Part shown: piece by piece, positions 36,182-48,555 of the stretch | How the letters are laid out: the number at the start of each line of letters is the position of its first letter | Numbering within the stretch: the stretch's first letter is position 1 | DNA from: Octopus vulgaris | Taxonomy: Eukaryota | Direction of reading: 5' to 3' | Assembly (NCBI GenBank): GCA_951406725.2 | Contig: OX597822.1 | Location: 112,716,001-112,780,000, forward strand | DNA length: 64,000 bases | Made by a program: the position numbers and the translations under genes | The notes under the pieces: generated by a model | The model's input: the letters and a program-made list of their open reading frames with translations, nothing else | Database searches by the model: none | Told to the model about the DNA's origin: nothing

Positions 36182-36588
36182 ATACAATTTGCTGTTGTTG
36201 TTGTTGTTGACGGCAACGACTACTTTTATAGTTTGGATTATAGAGACGTCCTCAAATTTCTTTGAAACACAATAAAAAGAAAGAAAGAACAAGAAGAGAA
36301 TGGCACGTCAAATTTTCATCTTCCTAAAGAGGGGCAGTACACCACTGACTTTTTCAGATCCCTTCTCACAGACAGTCGAAAATAATGCGATTGATACAAG
36401 TAAAGAAAAAAAAAAAAAGGGAGTGTGGGGTATTTCATTTCAGAGTATTGAAGTTCTATGAAGCAAGAATTTGGTGTGTATTGTTTAGTGTAGGGTCTGT
36501 TGAGCCAGTGGATGTTGCATGAGTCTCTGTTAATCAAACAGAAAGCTTTAAGAAGTTAACAGTTGTTGTGTATATAGTAGCATAATGT

Positions 36589-36980
36589 GGAGGCGCAATG
36601 GCCCAGTGGTTAGGGCAGCGGACTCGCGGTCGTAGGATCGCGGTTTCGATTCCCAGACCGGACGTTGTGAGTGTTTATTGAGCGAAAACACACCTAAAGC
36701 TCCACGAGGCTCCGGCGGGGAATGGTGGTGATCCCTGCTGTACTCTTTCACCACAACTTTCTCTCACTCTTACTTCCTGTTTCTGTTGTACCTGTATTTC
36801 AAAGGGCCGGCCTTGTCACTCTCTGTGTCACGCTGAATATCCCCGAGAACTACGTTAAGGGCGCACGTGTCTGTGGAGTGCTCAGCCACTTACACGTTAA
36901 TTTCACGAGCAGGCTGTTCCGCTGATCGGATCAACCGGAACCCTCATCGTCGTAAATGACGGAGTGCTTCCATCCATCCA
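36589..36980 (+). mobile_element. SINE family B, tail type 2
   Basis: Same head; tail matches 53724-54087. Confidence 0.88.
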
Positions 36981-37004
36981 GTAGCATTATATTTTGGTTT
37001 CAAA

Positions 37005-37200
37005 TTTTGGCACAAGGCCAGCAAATTCAAGGGAGAGTTTAAGTCGATTACCTCGATTCCCAGTTTTTAGATGGTACTTCATCGATTGCGAAAGGCTGAA
37101 AAGCAAAGTCGACATCGGCGGAATTTGAACTCAGAACGTGCAGACGGACGAAATGCTGCTAAGCATTTTGCCCAGCGTGCTAACGATTCTACCAGCTCAC
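37005..37200 (-). mobile_element. Diverged family C-related SINE
   Basis: GGCGGAATTTGAACTCAGAACG core. Similar relics occur near 21290, 25225, 30800 and 54130. Confidence 0.7.
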
Positions 37201-37203
37201 TCC

Positions 37204-37546
37204 CTTACTCTCTTTTACTCTTTTACTTGTTTCAGTCATTTGACTGTGGCCATGCTGGAGCACCGCCTTTAATCGAGCAACTTGACCCCGGGACTTATTC
37301 TTTTGTAAGCCCAGTACTTATTCTATCGGTCTCTTTTGCTGAACCGCTATATAACAGGGACGTAAACACACAAGCATCGGTTGTGAAGCAATGCTAGGAG
37401 GACAAACACAGACACACAAGCACACACACGCATATATATACATATTATACGACGGGCTTCTTTCAGTTTCCGTCTACCAAATCCACTCACAAGGCTTTGG
37501 TCGGCCCGAGGCTATAGTAGAAGACACTTGCCCAAGATGCCACGCC
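37204..37546 (-). mobile_element. SINE family A (5' truncated)
   Basis: Homology to family A. Confidence 0.85.
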
Positions 37547-37665
37547 TAAATAGTAATAATAATATATGATCACTTATATTAAAGGCCAGATATGGTCAAA
37601 GACTTTAACATCGTGAACAACATCATGACTTTCGTCAGACTTCTAGACAGCGAGAGACATCTAGT

Positions 37666-37842
37666 GAGTGACATTGGAGAGCAGATCTCTGGTAAACTCG
37701 GCTAGAGCCAAGAAATCGTATCGGTGCCATTTAGGAGGAACTCGAGCTAATAAGGGGCATAATTGTTTAAATTCTGTATCTATCACATTGAAATGCTGAA
37801 ATTAAGAACGATAATAATATAATTGTCAGGATGGGAGAGGTT
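37666..37842. repeat. ~178-bp direct duplication, copy 2
   Basis: Highly similar to 35319-35497. Confidence 0.85.
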
Positions 37843-38071
37843 TTTCGCCTGTCCATCTATCTGTCTGTCTGCCTGTCTGTCTGTATGTGTATGTGTGTGT
37901 GCGCGTGTGTTTGTGTGTGTGTATGTGTGTATGTATGGGACACTGTGTAACCCGTTTCTATAAATTAGGATAGATTATTGACGGAGAAAGATTGGGAACT
38001 GGTGTGAATAGGGTTAGCACTGGAGTATCGACACTCACATTGTAGTGTGGGTCGTGGTATATATATTGTTC

Positions 38072-38304
38072 GCGGCGAGCTGGCAGAAACGTTGGCACGC
38101 CGGGCGAAATGCTTAGCGGTATTTCGTCTGTCTTTACGTTCTGGGTTCAAATTCCGCCGAGGTCGACTTTGCCTTTCATCCTTTCGGGGTCGATTAAATA
38201 AGTACCAGTTACGCACTGGGGTCGATATAATCGACTTAATCCGTGTGCCTGTCCTTGATTGTCCCCTCTGTGTTTAACCCCTTGTGAGTAGTAAAGAAAT
38301 AGGT
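38072..38304 (+). mobile_element. SINE family C monomer
   Basis: TSD-like GGTATATATATT(T)GTTC on both sides. Confidence 0.88.
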
Positions 38305-38579
38305 ATATATATTTGTTCTCCATGCTTTTAACATATCTGACAAGCTTCTTGTATATTCTAATACACAATGGTTAATTGTATAGGTAAAGTTGCAGTCTGG
38401 ATATGCTGCACTATCTCCACTGTCCACTTTATTCTTACATGGTTGCAGGCTTTGGTAGAGCAGGCCTTAGTAGAGAACGGGTAAAAGGGAACTTGGTGAA
38501 AGCGCAACAGTTGTCGTCACTTTGTACTTATCACGAGTATTCATCCCAGCCCAGCACATAGGAATAATGTCAGTCATGT

Positions 38580-38898
38580 TTATTTATTTATGCGCCCTTT
38601 TCAAGCCTAGCCAGGCTCATGGGCCCGGTTTCCCGGTTTCTATGGCGTATGTGTTCCCCCCATCCAGCAGGACGGGACGCCAGTCCATCGCAGCGTTACC
38701 CAAGAAACAGGAAGAAAAAGTGAGAGAAAGTTGGGGCGAAAGAGTACAACAAGGGTCGCCACCACCCTCTGCCGGAGCCTCGTAGAGCTTTGAAGTATTT
38801 TCGCTCAATAAACACACACAACGCCCGGTCTGGGAATCGAAACCGCGATCCTCCGACCGCGAGTCTGCTGCCCTAACCACTGAGCCATTGCGCCTCCA
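38580..38898 (-). mobile_element. SINE family B, tail type 3
   Basis: Same head; a different tail ending in (TAAA)n. Confidence 0.85.
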
Positions 38899-39272
38899 TG
38901 TAATTCGTGATGGGGGGTAGCTATTTCTGAGCACGTTTTTCTTTTAAATGTTTCTCTAAGTAAGGTGGGTGAAATAACATTTTTAGTGAACTGAGTTGTA
39001 GAGCTCAAGAATGTTGCTTCTGGGTAGTCGACTTTTCATGTTACTTAGAGGGTTACTTTCGATTTTTCATGCTTCTTTGATTGTTTAACTATACTCCTTG
39101 AATGTCCAAGAGGTCTTTCATTTCTTGTTTCATCGTATTGCAGGTCTGTGTGTAATGTGCGATGATACGAAATCTACTGATTTGTGTTCTTTTAGTATAT
39201 TGTAGTTTGTTGTGAAGAAATTAGGACCCAGCTCGAATGGACTTAGTCCACGGTGTATCCAATATATTCTAA

Positions 39273-40795
39273 GGCGGTAGGTTGGCAGAAACGTTAGCAC
39301 GCCGGGTGAAATGCTTAGCGGTATTTCGTCTGCCGTTACGTTCTCAGCTCAAATTCCGCCGAGGTCGACTTTGCCTTTCATCCTTTCGGGGTCGATAAAT
39401 TAAGTACCAGTTACGCACTGGGGTCGATATAATCGACTTAATCCGTTTGTCTGCCCTTGTTTGTCCTCTCTGTGTTTAGCCCCTTGTGGGTAGTAAAGAA
39501 ATAGGTATTTCGTCTGCCGTTATGTTCTGAGTTCAAATTCTGCCGAGGTCAACTTTGCCTTTCATCCTTTCGGGGTCGATTAAATAAGTACCAGTTACGC
39601 ACTGGGGTCGATATAATCGACTTAATCCGTTTGTCTGCCCTTGTTTGTCCTCTCTGTGTTTAGCCCCTTGTGAGTAGTAAAGAAATAGGTATTTCGTCCG
39701 CCGCTACGTTCTGAGTTCAAATTCTGCCGAGGTCGACTTTGCCTTTCATCCTTTCGGGGTCGATTAAATAAGTACCAATTACGCACTGGGGTCGATATAA
39801 TCGACTTAATCCGTTTGTCTGTCCTTATTTGTCCTCTCTGTGTTTAGCCCCTTGTGAGTAGTAAAGAAATAGGTATTTCGTCCGCCGCTACGTTCTGAGT
39901 TCAATTTCTGCCGAGGTCGACTTTGCCTTTCATCCTTTCGGGGTCGATTAAATAAGTACCAGTTACGCACTGGGGTTGATATAATCGACTTAATCCGTTT
40001 GTCTGCCCTTGTTTGTCCTCTCTGTGTTTAGCCCCTTGTGAGTAGTAAAGAAATAGGTATTTCGTCCGCCGCTACGTTCTGAGTTCAATTTCTGCCGAGG
40101 TCGACTTTGCCTTTCATCCTTTCGGGGTCGATTAAATAAGTACCAGTTACGCACTGGGGTCGATATAATCGACTTAATCCGTTTGTCTGTCCTTGTTTGT
40201 CCTCTCTGTGTTTAGCCCCTTGTGGGTAGTAAAGAAATAGGTATTTCGTCTGCCGTTATGTTCTGAGTTCAAGTTCTGCCGAGGTCGACTTTGCCTTTCA
40301 TCCTTTCGGGGTCGATTAAATAAGTACCAGTTGCGCACTGGGGTCGATATAATCGACTTAATCCGTTTGTCTGCCCTTGTTTGTCCTCTCTGTGTTTAGC
40401 CCCTTGTGGGTAGTAAAGAAATAGGTATTTCGTCTGCCGTTATGTTCTGAGTTCAAGTTCTGCCGAGGTCGACTTTGCCTTTCATCCTTTCGGGGTCGAT
40501 TAAATAAGTACCAGTTGCGCACTGGGGTCGATATAATCGACTTAATCAGTTTGTTTGTCCTTGTTTTTCCTCTCTGTGTTTAGCCCCTTGTGGGTAGTAA
40601 AGAGATAGGTATTTCGTCTGCCGTTATGTTCTGAGTTCAAATTCTGCCGAGGTCGACTTTGCCTTTCATCCTTTTGGGGGTCGATTAAATAAGTACCAGT
40701 TACGCACTGGGGTAGATATAATCGACTTAATCCGTTTGTCTGCCCTTGTTTGTCCTCTCTGCGTCTAGCCCCTTGTGGGCAGTAAAGAAATAGGT
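39273..40795 (+). repeat. SINE family C concatemer: one head plus 8 tandem 184-bp bodies
   Basis: Period 184 bp (39321, 39505 and onward); flanked by GGTGTATCCAAT(A/G)TATT at 39252-39268 and 40793-40809. Confidence 0.93.
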
Positions 40796-41819
40796 GTATC
40801 CAATGTATTGTTTGTAGAGTGTTGTTTCTTTTGGCTAAATGTTGTACTTGTGATTTCTTTAAATATGTTTGTGTCTAATTTTGCTTTTTCTTTTATCGTA
40901 TCTTTTATGTTTGCAGCAAATGTAGACCTGTGTCCTTTGTAAATCTTAGTACTTTTGTCGTCAGTGTATGTGGGGCACATCACCTTATTGAGCGGAATAT
41001 TCAGCCACATTTGATGTCGGTGTGAGAGGAATGCGAGGGACAGACACAAAGACAAACATTTATGAAACAAAGCGAGATATTTGCATTGTTAACGCCATCT
41101 CTTCTGCAGAAGTGTCAAACTCCATTAATATTGCCGAACACAACTCAACAAAACAAGCTAATCTTTCCATCTCTGAGCTGCTAATACAAAGATTTTTGCC
41201 AGATCACGATAGGCTGTCTCCATTTTAACCAAATACTGTCACAGCTTCATTTTATCTTGTAGATAAAAATGATTTTAGTTAACTTTTCTCTTACTTCAGA
41301 TTTCGCGACTCGTCCACCAACTCGTTACGAATGAACGCTTGCTAGTCACATTCCGTCACATTCCGTCACATTCCATTCCAACTAGAATCATTATATACTT
41401 TCACCTCTACCTGGCGTATGACTCATTGAGATTCTCATATTCAAAAGATTAGTTTTGATTACTTAAAGTCGTAATACGAACCCTCGAGTCGAATCGGACG
41501 ATGACATAAAATCCGAAATTCGAGTCCCTTTAACAAATTTATCCGCATTGTCCGTTCCTCTTGTTGGTCTTTCGACTCTTTTCCTATGACAGCCAATTCA
41601 CTTTTTGGACAAATTTCTAACATGTAAACTGTCATAAGGCTCAAGTTCCAGTAAAGATCCTATGAAATCAGCTGTGGTCGGAGATGGATTCTACACCACA
41701 ACGGACGCCGTTATATGTTCTAAAGAAATACTTTGTTGCACTTCGAATATCATTGAGTGACCAGCTAGGAACGTTTCGCTGGTGTATAATGTACTGGTAT
41801 ATGATTAAACATTGCAATA

Positions 41820-42997
41820 TGATATGCTGCTGAAGTACATCATATATCGACTATTAAAGCACGTCATACAGCTATTGTTGAAGTACGTCATATAGCAACT
41901 GTTGAAGTACGTCATATAGCAACTGTTGAAGTACGTCATATAGCATCTGCTGAAGTATGTCATATAGCATCTGCTGAAGTACGTCATATAGCAACTGTTG
42001 AAGTACGTCGTATAACAACTGTTGAAGTACGTCATATAGCAACTGTTGAAGTACGTTATATAGCAACTGTTGAAGTAAATCATATAGCAACTATTGACGT
42101 ACGTCATATAGCATCTGTTGAAGTACGTCATATAGCATCTGCTGAAGTACATCATATAGCAACTGTTGAAGTACATCATATAACAACTGTTGAAGTACGT
42201 CGTATAACAACTGTTGAAGTACGTCATATAGCAACTGTTGAAGTACGTTATATAGCAACTGTTGAAGTACGTCATATAGCAACTGTTGAAGTACGTCATA
42301 TAGCATCTGTTGAAGTACGTTATATAGCATCTGTTGAAGTACGTTATATAGCATCTGTTGAAGTACGTCATATAGCAACTGTTGAAGTACGTCATATAGC
42401 AACTGTTGAAGTACGTCATATAGCAACTGTTGAAGTACGTCATATAGCATCTGTTGAAGTACGTCATATAGCAACTGTTGAAGTACGTCATATAGCAACT
42501 GTTGAAGTACGTCATATAGCAACTGTTGAAGTACGTCATATAGCAACTGTTGAAGTACGTCATATAGCAACTGTTGAAGTACGTCGTATAGCAACTGTTG
42601 AAGTACGTCGTATAGCAACTGTTGAAGTACGTCATATAGCAACTGTTGAAGTACGTCGTATAGCATTTGCTGAAGTACGTCATATAGCAACTGTTGAAGT
42701 ACATCATATAGCAACTGTTGAAGTACGTCATACAGCTATTGTTGAAGTACGTTATATAGCAACTGTTGAAGTACGTCATATAGCAACTGTTGAAGTACGT
42801 CATATAGCAATTGTTGAAGTACATCATATAGCAACTGTTGAAGTACGTCATACAGCTATTGTTGAAGTACATCATATAGCAACTGTTGCAGTACGTCATA
42901 TAGCAACTGCTGAAGTACGTTATATAGCAACTGTTGAAGTACGTTATATAGCAATTGTTGAAGTACGTCGTATAGCAATTGTTGAAGTATGTCGTAT
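41820..42997. repeat. 24-bp minisatellite (GTTGAAGTACGTCATATAGCAACT), about 49 copies
   Basis: Direct head-to-tail repeat with few variants. Confidence 0.95.
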
Positions 42998-43804
42998 GCC
43001 AGACTGAACTCTTTAGCAACATTTTGGCATAGATTTTGTTACTTTATACTCTTTAAATGCGGATATTTTTAGATATACAGAGTATTTAACAACCTCATTG
43101 TAGCAAACATAGATAGAACAGATAATTTTCTGGGGAACAGCCTAACTTTTATTTTCTTCAGCCCTGTTAATAGAATCTCGCACACAAAACTTTATACATG
43201 AGACCACGAGACAAATATCACGTCTCGAATCTACCACAAGTTCAGTTCGTCAATTGTCATTTATCTAGATCTTTATTCCAACTCTAGTTCTGACATACAT
43301 TAAAGGTAACCAGAACCCAATCGTGCCCAGTATATCTATGCTTTCTCCTTGAATTTTCAGAGCAAAAAAATTCTATGGAATTAGACGTGTACAGTTCCAT
43401 TTTTTGGCTGCTCCACTTAAATGTGGAAGACTGATTGTTTTCGAGTGTCTGCAGAAGAGAAGGGTCTCGTTGTGGCGATAATAAAAGCTATTTCCTTTTC
43501 AATATTTGGCTGCACTTCTGTAGGCAACTTGTAAAGCTGTCCCAAATTTCGAGGTAAATACATAGAAAGATTATACATTTTGGCGGCTTTTCTTTATTTT
43601 GTGTCAGTCTTGATATTCTCGAAAAATTTGGGAGTTTGTTCTACTCCAATAACCTTCATAGGCTGCAGACTTGGTTTTTTTTGTAGCGGTTTAAATTGAA
43701 ATACATTGTAGTTAAGAAATAATAATGAGATATATCACTTTTTAAAATAATTATTGAGGCATCATTTGCAAAAGCTTTTGATGTTGACTGTAAGCGACAT
43801 ATAA

Positions 43805-44040
43805 AACATAACACGTGGACAGTCCCTTTGGAGACATCACACGTGATTAGTCTCTACAGACACATAGTATAGAGATAGTCTCTATAGTGGCATGTAGAGA
43901 TACACTATAGAGGCAGAACATGTAGACAATCTCTATAAACACACATGTAAACACTCTCTATATAGAATTTTTTACATAAAACATGTAGACAATCACTTCA
44001 GACACAGGCCATGTAGCCGGTCTCTATAGAGACAATACAT
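43805..44040. repeat. Degenerate minisatellite (ATGTAGACAGTCTCTATAGAGACAC-like)
   Basis: Recurring CATGTAGAC and TCTCTATAG words at roughly 25-35 bp spacing. Confidence 0.55.
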
Positions 44041-44693
44041 ATAGGTAACTAGTTCTTAAACTTATTTCTAGTTTTACCTTAACTAAAATTGTAACCCGTC
44101 CAAATTATTCCAAAATAAAATGGCGTTTCGTAGATAAAATTAGCGGAGTTGCTGCTTTGCAAAACTTTTAGCCGTTGTTTTAATATTGTGTAAAAGGAAA
44201 CAAACACATAAAAAAGAATATTTATACATAAACTCGATCGGTTCGCGTTTTAGTCACTGCCGGGTTGTGTGTTTAATTTGTTCACTGAACACCGCCGCAA
44301 ATTCCCCCTTGTTTTTCGATCCTCTCCTAAACCACAAAACAAGTGGGGGGAAATCTGCCCTATTTTTCAAATCCTGGCAGCAACACCGAAGCTGGAAGCA
44401 GAATAATAATCTAATTCTACATTTTATCACATTCAAGAAAATAAACACGTTTTTAAAGCACAACACATGTGGAGTCAAAAAGAAATACTACCTTTAACCG
44501 GCACCGTGTGAACAGCAGTGATGTCTCCCACTAGCGTGAGGCTTCCTATCTCGGACATGTAAACATGAGCACAACAACCAAACACCGCGTCGCTGGAACA
44601 GTGAAGCGCACAGTTCTATACAAGGAATTTTGTATTTTTTTCCCTAAACTAGGGGATGGTTACTGACATTAAGCTTAAGGATTATGTAATGTA

Positions 44694-44879
44694 CTAGTAT
44701 CATTATATCCAGTTCGGATATAATTCAACCGGATGTTAGGAACAAGTAAATCGGATTTAACGTGGAAAATTATTTCAATATACCAAATTTGAAAATGTTT
44801 ACGTAATTTAAAATCACACAATATGACAGTAATAGGGAAAAACCCTACAAAAGTAGAGAGACAGACAGTTATAAGACGT

Positions 44880-44971
<92 letters not shown>

Positions 44972-45038
44972 TTTACAAACATAGACATAGGTAATCACGA
45001 GTTTAAAATGATGTATAGTAGACATATGAATGTATATA

Positions 45039-45074
<36 letters not shown>

Positions 45075-45563
45075 TGTATGTATGTATGTATGTATGAATG
45101 TATGTATGTATGTATGTATGTATATATGTATGTGTGTAAGTTTCTTTGCGATGGACAGCAGAAAATCCACATACCCCTCTCTCCTTAAAGCTATGTATTC
45201 CTCACACCCACCTTACTCTGTGTGTGGGTGTGGGTCTATTTACAAAAGTATGTATGCAGTGTTACCTGTATATGAAAGCTGCATCAACGTTAATATCCCA
45301 TTGTCATCGCTGTTCTCGCCCTCACAAATATAAGTCATCCTCACTCTGCTACTACCTTTCCCCCCGACTAATACTTTTTACAACCTTCTCATTTTATCAT
45401 ACAGTTCCCCGAATGCCCCTGGTGGATGGGTGGGGGCACATTATAGATTTTTATTGAAATCCAATTAGATTATTATTGAACTGGATGTTAGTGTAACATA
45501 TCTGCAAAGTTTCATGAATATTGGTTCGCTAGTTTAGACAGAAATTGCCATTTATATATAAGA
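44694..45563 (-). mobile_element. Possible non-autonomous Helitron-like element containing (CA)n and (TATG)n
   Basis: Minus strand starts A|TCTTATATATAAA and ends CTAG|T after a weak hairpin. It may be two elements. Confidence 0.4.
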
Positions 45564-46926
45564 TGGGTTCTTTGTAAGGTTAATTAAGGTCTCAAAGAAT
45601 GATAGTCTGCCTACGGGTCTGCTCCAGTTACATGGCAGAAATGCAGGCCTTATTTGCACAGCAAGGAACGCATCTAATCTAAATTACTTTGAGATAACTA
45701 AACCTTATCTGAACTGATCTTGAGCGATACTAATGCCAGAGCATGACTTTTGAATACAAATTCGATTTTGAAAACGGATTAGCATCAGTTACTTTTTCTT
45801 ATGGTGTCAGTCTTGATTCAAAATTGCTTCTTGCTATTTCTAGCGTAGAGAGTAACGGAATGCGAAAATGACATAAATCGAACAATTGGTCTTAGTTTTT
45901 AAAAAAAGTTTTAATGCACTTAGAACTTGCACTCTGTTGTGAAGTGTGATGATTAGCTTCACATCAAAATGTGTTGGTGGGGGGGTGGGGGTATGAGATT
46001 ATTGGGTCTGTCGTAACGAGAAGCAATAACTGAAAGGGGTCGTTTTATTCAGTTAAAACGTTCAACTTCGAAATGACCAAGCCAAAGAGTGTACGCCATA
46101 TTACAAATGGCTGCCAGCCAGTTTTCAATTTAAGACGTTACTACGCCTGGAAAGGAAGTAACAGTTCGTAACATTCCCCGGTGTGTTTTTCCGTATCCTT
46201 ATTGAGATCGACTTCTCAGTGTTACTGTGTAGTGTTGATATGGCAAAACAAACAAGAATAAAACAAGGAAAATTAATCTGTTTTGATATTAGCTGTTAAA
46301 AAGTTGGGATGGTAATGTAATGAATCCCGCTCATACTTGTTGAAGTCAGCTCATTCGTTGAGCTCCGCTTGAGGTAGGAACCAGCTGCTCTTATAAGAGA
46401 CGTCGGCTGTGACTATTGCAGGATCAGCTGAGCTTTTTCTAAAGCCATCCCACTTGTGATAAAACCAGCTGCGCTTTTATGAGGCTGCGCTTCTTGTAAA
46501 CTTGATGTATTTGTAACTTTTCGATGTTATAATTCTACTGCCACGTCAGTCTTCAACATCCTGAAAACCGCTGCATTTATTCTCTGAGACAAGAAACTCT
46601 ACTTGGTCGTATTACATTTTAGCATTTCCTTCATTCGTGATGGTCAGGTGGTTGAAGAAATGCCACATTTTGTTGACTAATAGACTAAATAATATTAACT
46701 TGAAACTGTTCTGCAACGGTACAGAAATGAAACGAAAAGTTTAATTACTGTACATTCCAAGAATCTACTGGAATAACACACTTTTGAGAGAATCAAATTG
46801 AACATATTGCTACTTATATTTTCTGACAAACATATACTGCTTCGTTTTTGAATTTGGTTTGCAAGATTCTTTATATGAGTTCTGTCGTGTCTGGGGAGAG
46901 TCATTTTCTTTTTGTGCTTTATAATA

Positions 46927-47101
46927 TAACACACTCACCGGTAAAATTTCCACTTATTTCTTATTTTTACTTTCCTAAAATTTTCGTTGCGTCTAGTAAC
47001 CTTTTCAATAGTCTTGACTCTTGAAAAGATTGCCAGAAGCAACGAAAATTTAGGAAAATAAAAATAAGAAATAAGTGGAAATGTTACTGGTGAGTGTGTT
47101 A
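46927..47101. repeat. Fold-back element (~85-bp imperfect inverted arms), Penelope-like
   Basis: TAACACACTCACCGGTAAAATTTCCACTTATTTC... is mirrored by ...GAAATAAGTGGAAATGTTACTGGTGAGTGTGTTA. Confidence 0.75.
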
Positions 47102-48083
47102 CATTATAAGGCACAAAAAGAAAATGACTCTTCCCAGACACAACAGAATATACTGCTTCCAAAAGATGAAACCTCCATCTCGGTCAATGAAAACTCTATG
47201 TCCCGGTTACATGAGTTGTTCCAAAGAAACACTAGAATATCGCGAAACTTTTTAACTTGCTTCACCGCACGTTTTAAGTTGATATCCAAAATACTTGTGT
47301 TTCTAGAGAAGATCCCTGCTGACAGAAATTCTATACACGTTTTTAGAGTCAAAGTTTCGGAAGATAATTACACGACCTGATGAGGTTTGGGTCATAAACT
47401 AAATGAGAAAACACCTTAATTTAAGGTTTGTTCCTCATTCTTTGACAGACTTTGAACAAATTCCATCTCAAATAAAATGAAAGGGAAACGATACAGTAAG
47501 TGGTGCAAAACATTTTCCATGCATCCAAGAAAGTAAATCTGGTCTCTTCAATATTATTGAATTTGTGTTCTTCTTTAATTCTTCCTTTATTATTTTTGTT
47601 TAGTCAATAGGTAAAAGTTACTTCTAGTTTTGTAGCATACTAATAGTTTTACAGTAGGAAAATGAAGGTTTTAAAATATTTCAGTCATATTCAACAGTGA
47701 AACCGTGTTGTTATTTACATTGATGCAAATTGGTTGAACTCCATTTACAAACTTTTACGTTCATTGTTAGCAAAGGTTGGCGATATGGACGATGTTACCA
47801 ACATTTTAGTATTTGGTTGGTCGTATTCCAACTACATATGCATTTTGCAACACCTATTTTCTTTAAAGTTGTTTACTGAAGATCTATTGTTTATCTCTGT
47901 AAGATTTCCCTTAATTTTCTGAGTTGCATATAATTGTTCGATGAGCTGGATTTACTTTTCTTTGATTCTAGTTGAAGGAGTCAAATTATTTGAGCCAAAT
48001 TGACTCACACAAACACAAACATAGTTATATCTTTTTAGCACTTACTACAAATTTTCAAATAGGTATCACTAATTTTTAACTAA

Positions 48084-48555
<472 letters not shown>

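Noticed and set aside
36589-36665. tRNA genes at SINE heads (families A, B and C)
   Set aside because: A/B boxes are present, but the cloverleaves are incomplete and continue into SINE bodies.
41820-42997. CRISPR-like array
   Set aside because: Units are head-to-tail with no unique spacers, there are no cas genes, and the context is eukaryotic.
41805-43022. 405-aa ORF as a protein-coding gene
   Set aside because: Explained by a stop-free 24-bp repeat; non-ATG start and no domain or splice evidence.
43290-43675. Decayed reading frame containing YYRHNE, reminiscent of a LINE C-terminal region
   Set aside because: Multiple stops and no CCHC motif; too weak to assign.
44100-44620. CpG-rich patch as the promoter of a second gene
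   Set aside because: No associated exon or ORF was recognised, and the whole region right of 32 kb retains CpG.
47377-47415. CTGATGA followed by a hairpin (CTGATGA also at 30751 and 58327)
   Set aside because: No correctly placed GAAA, stem III or stem I.
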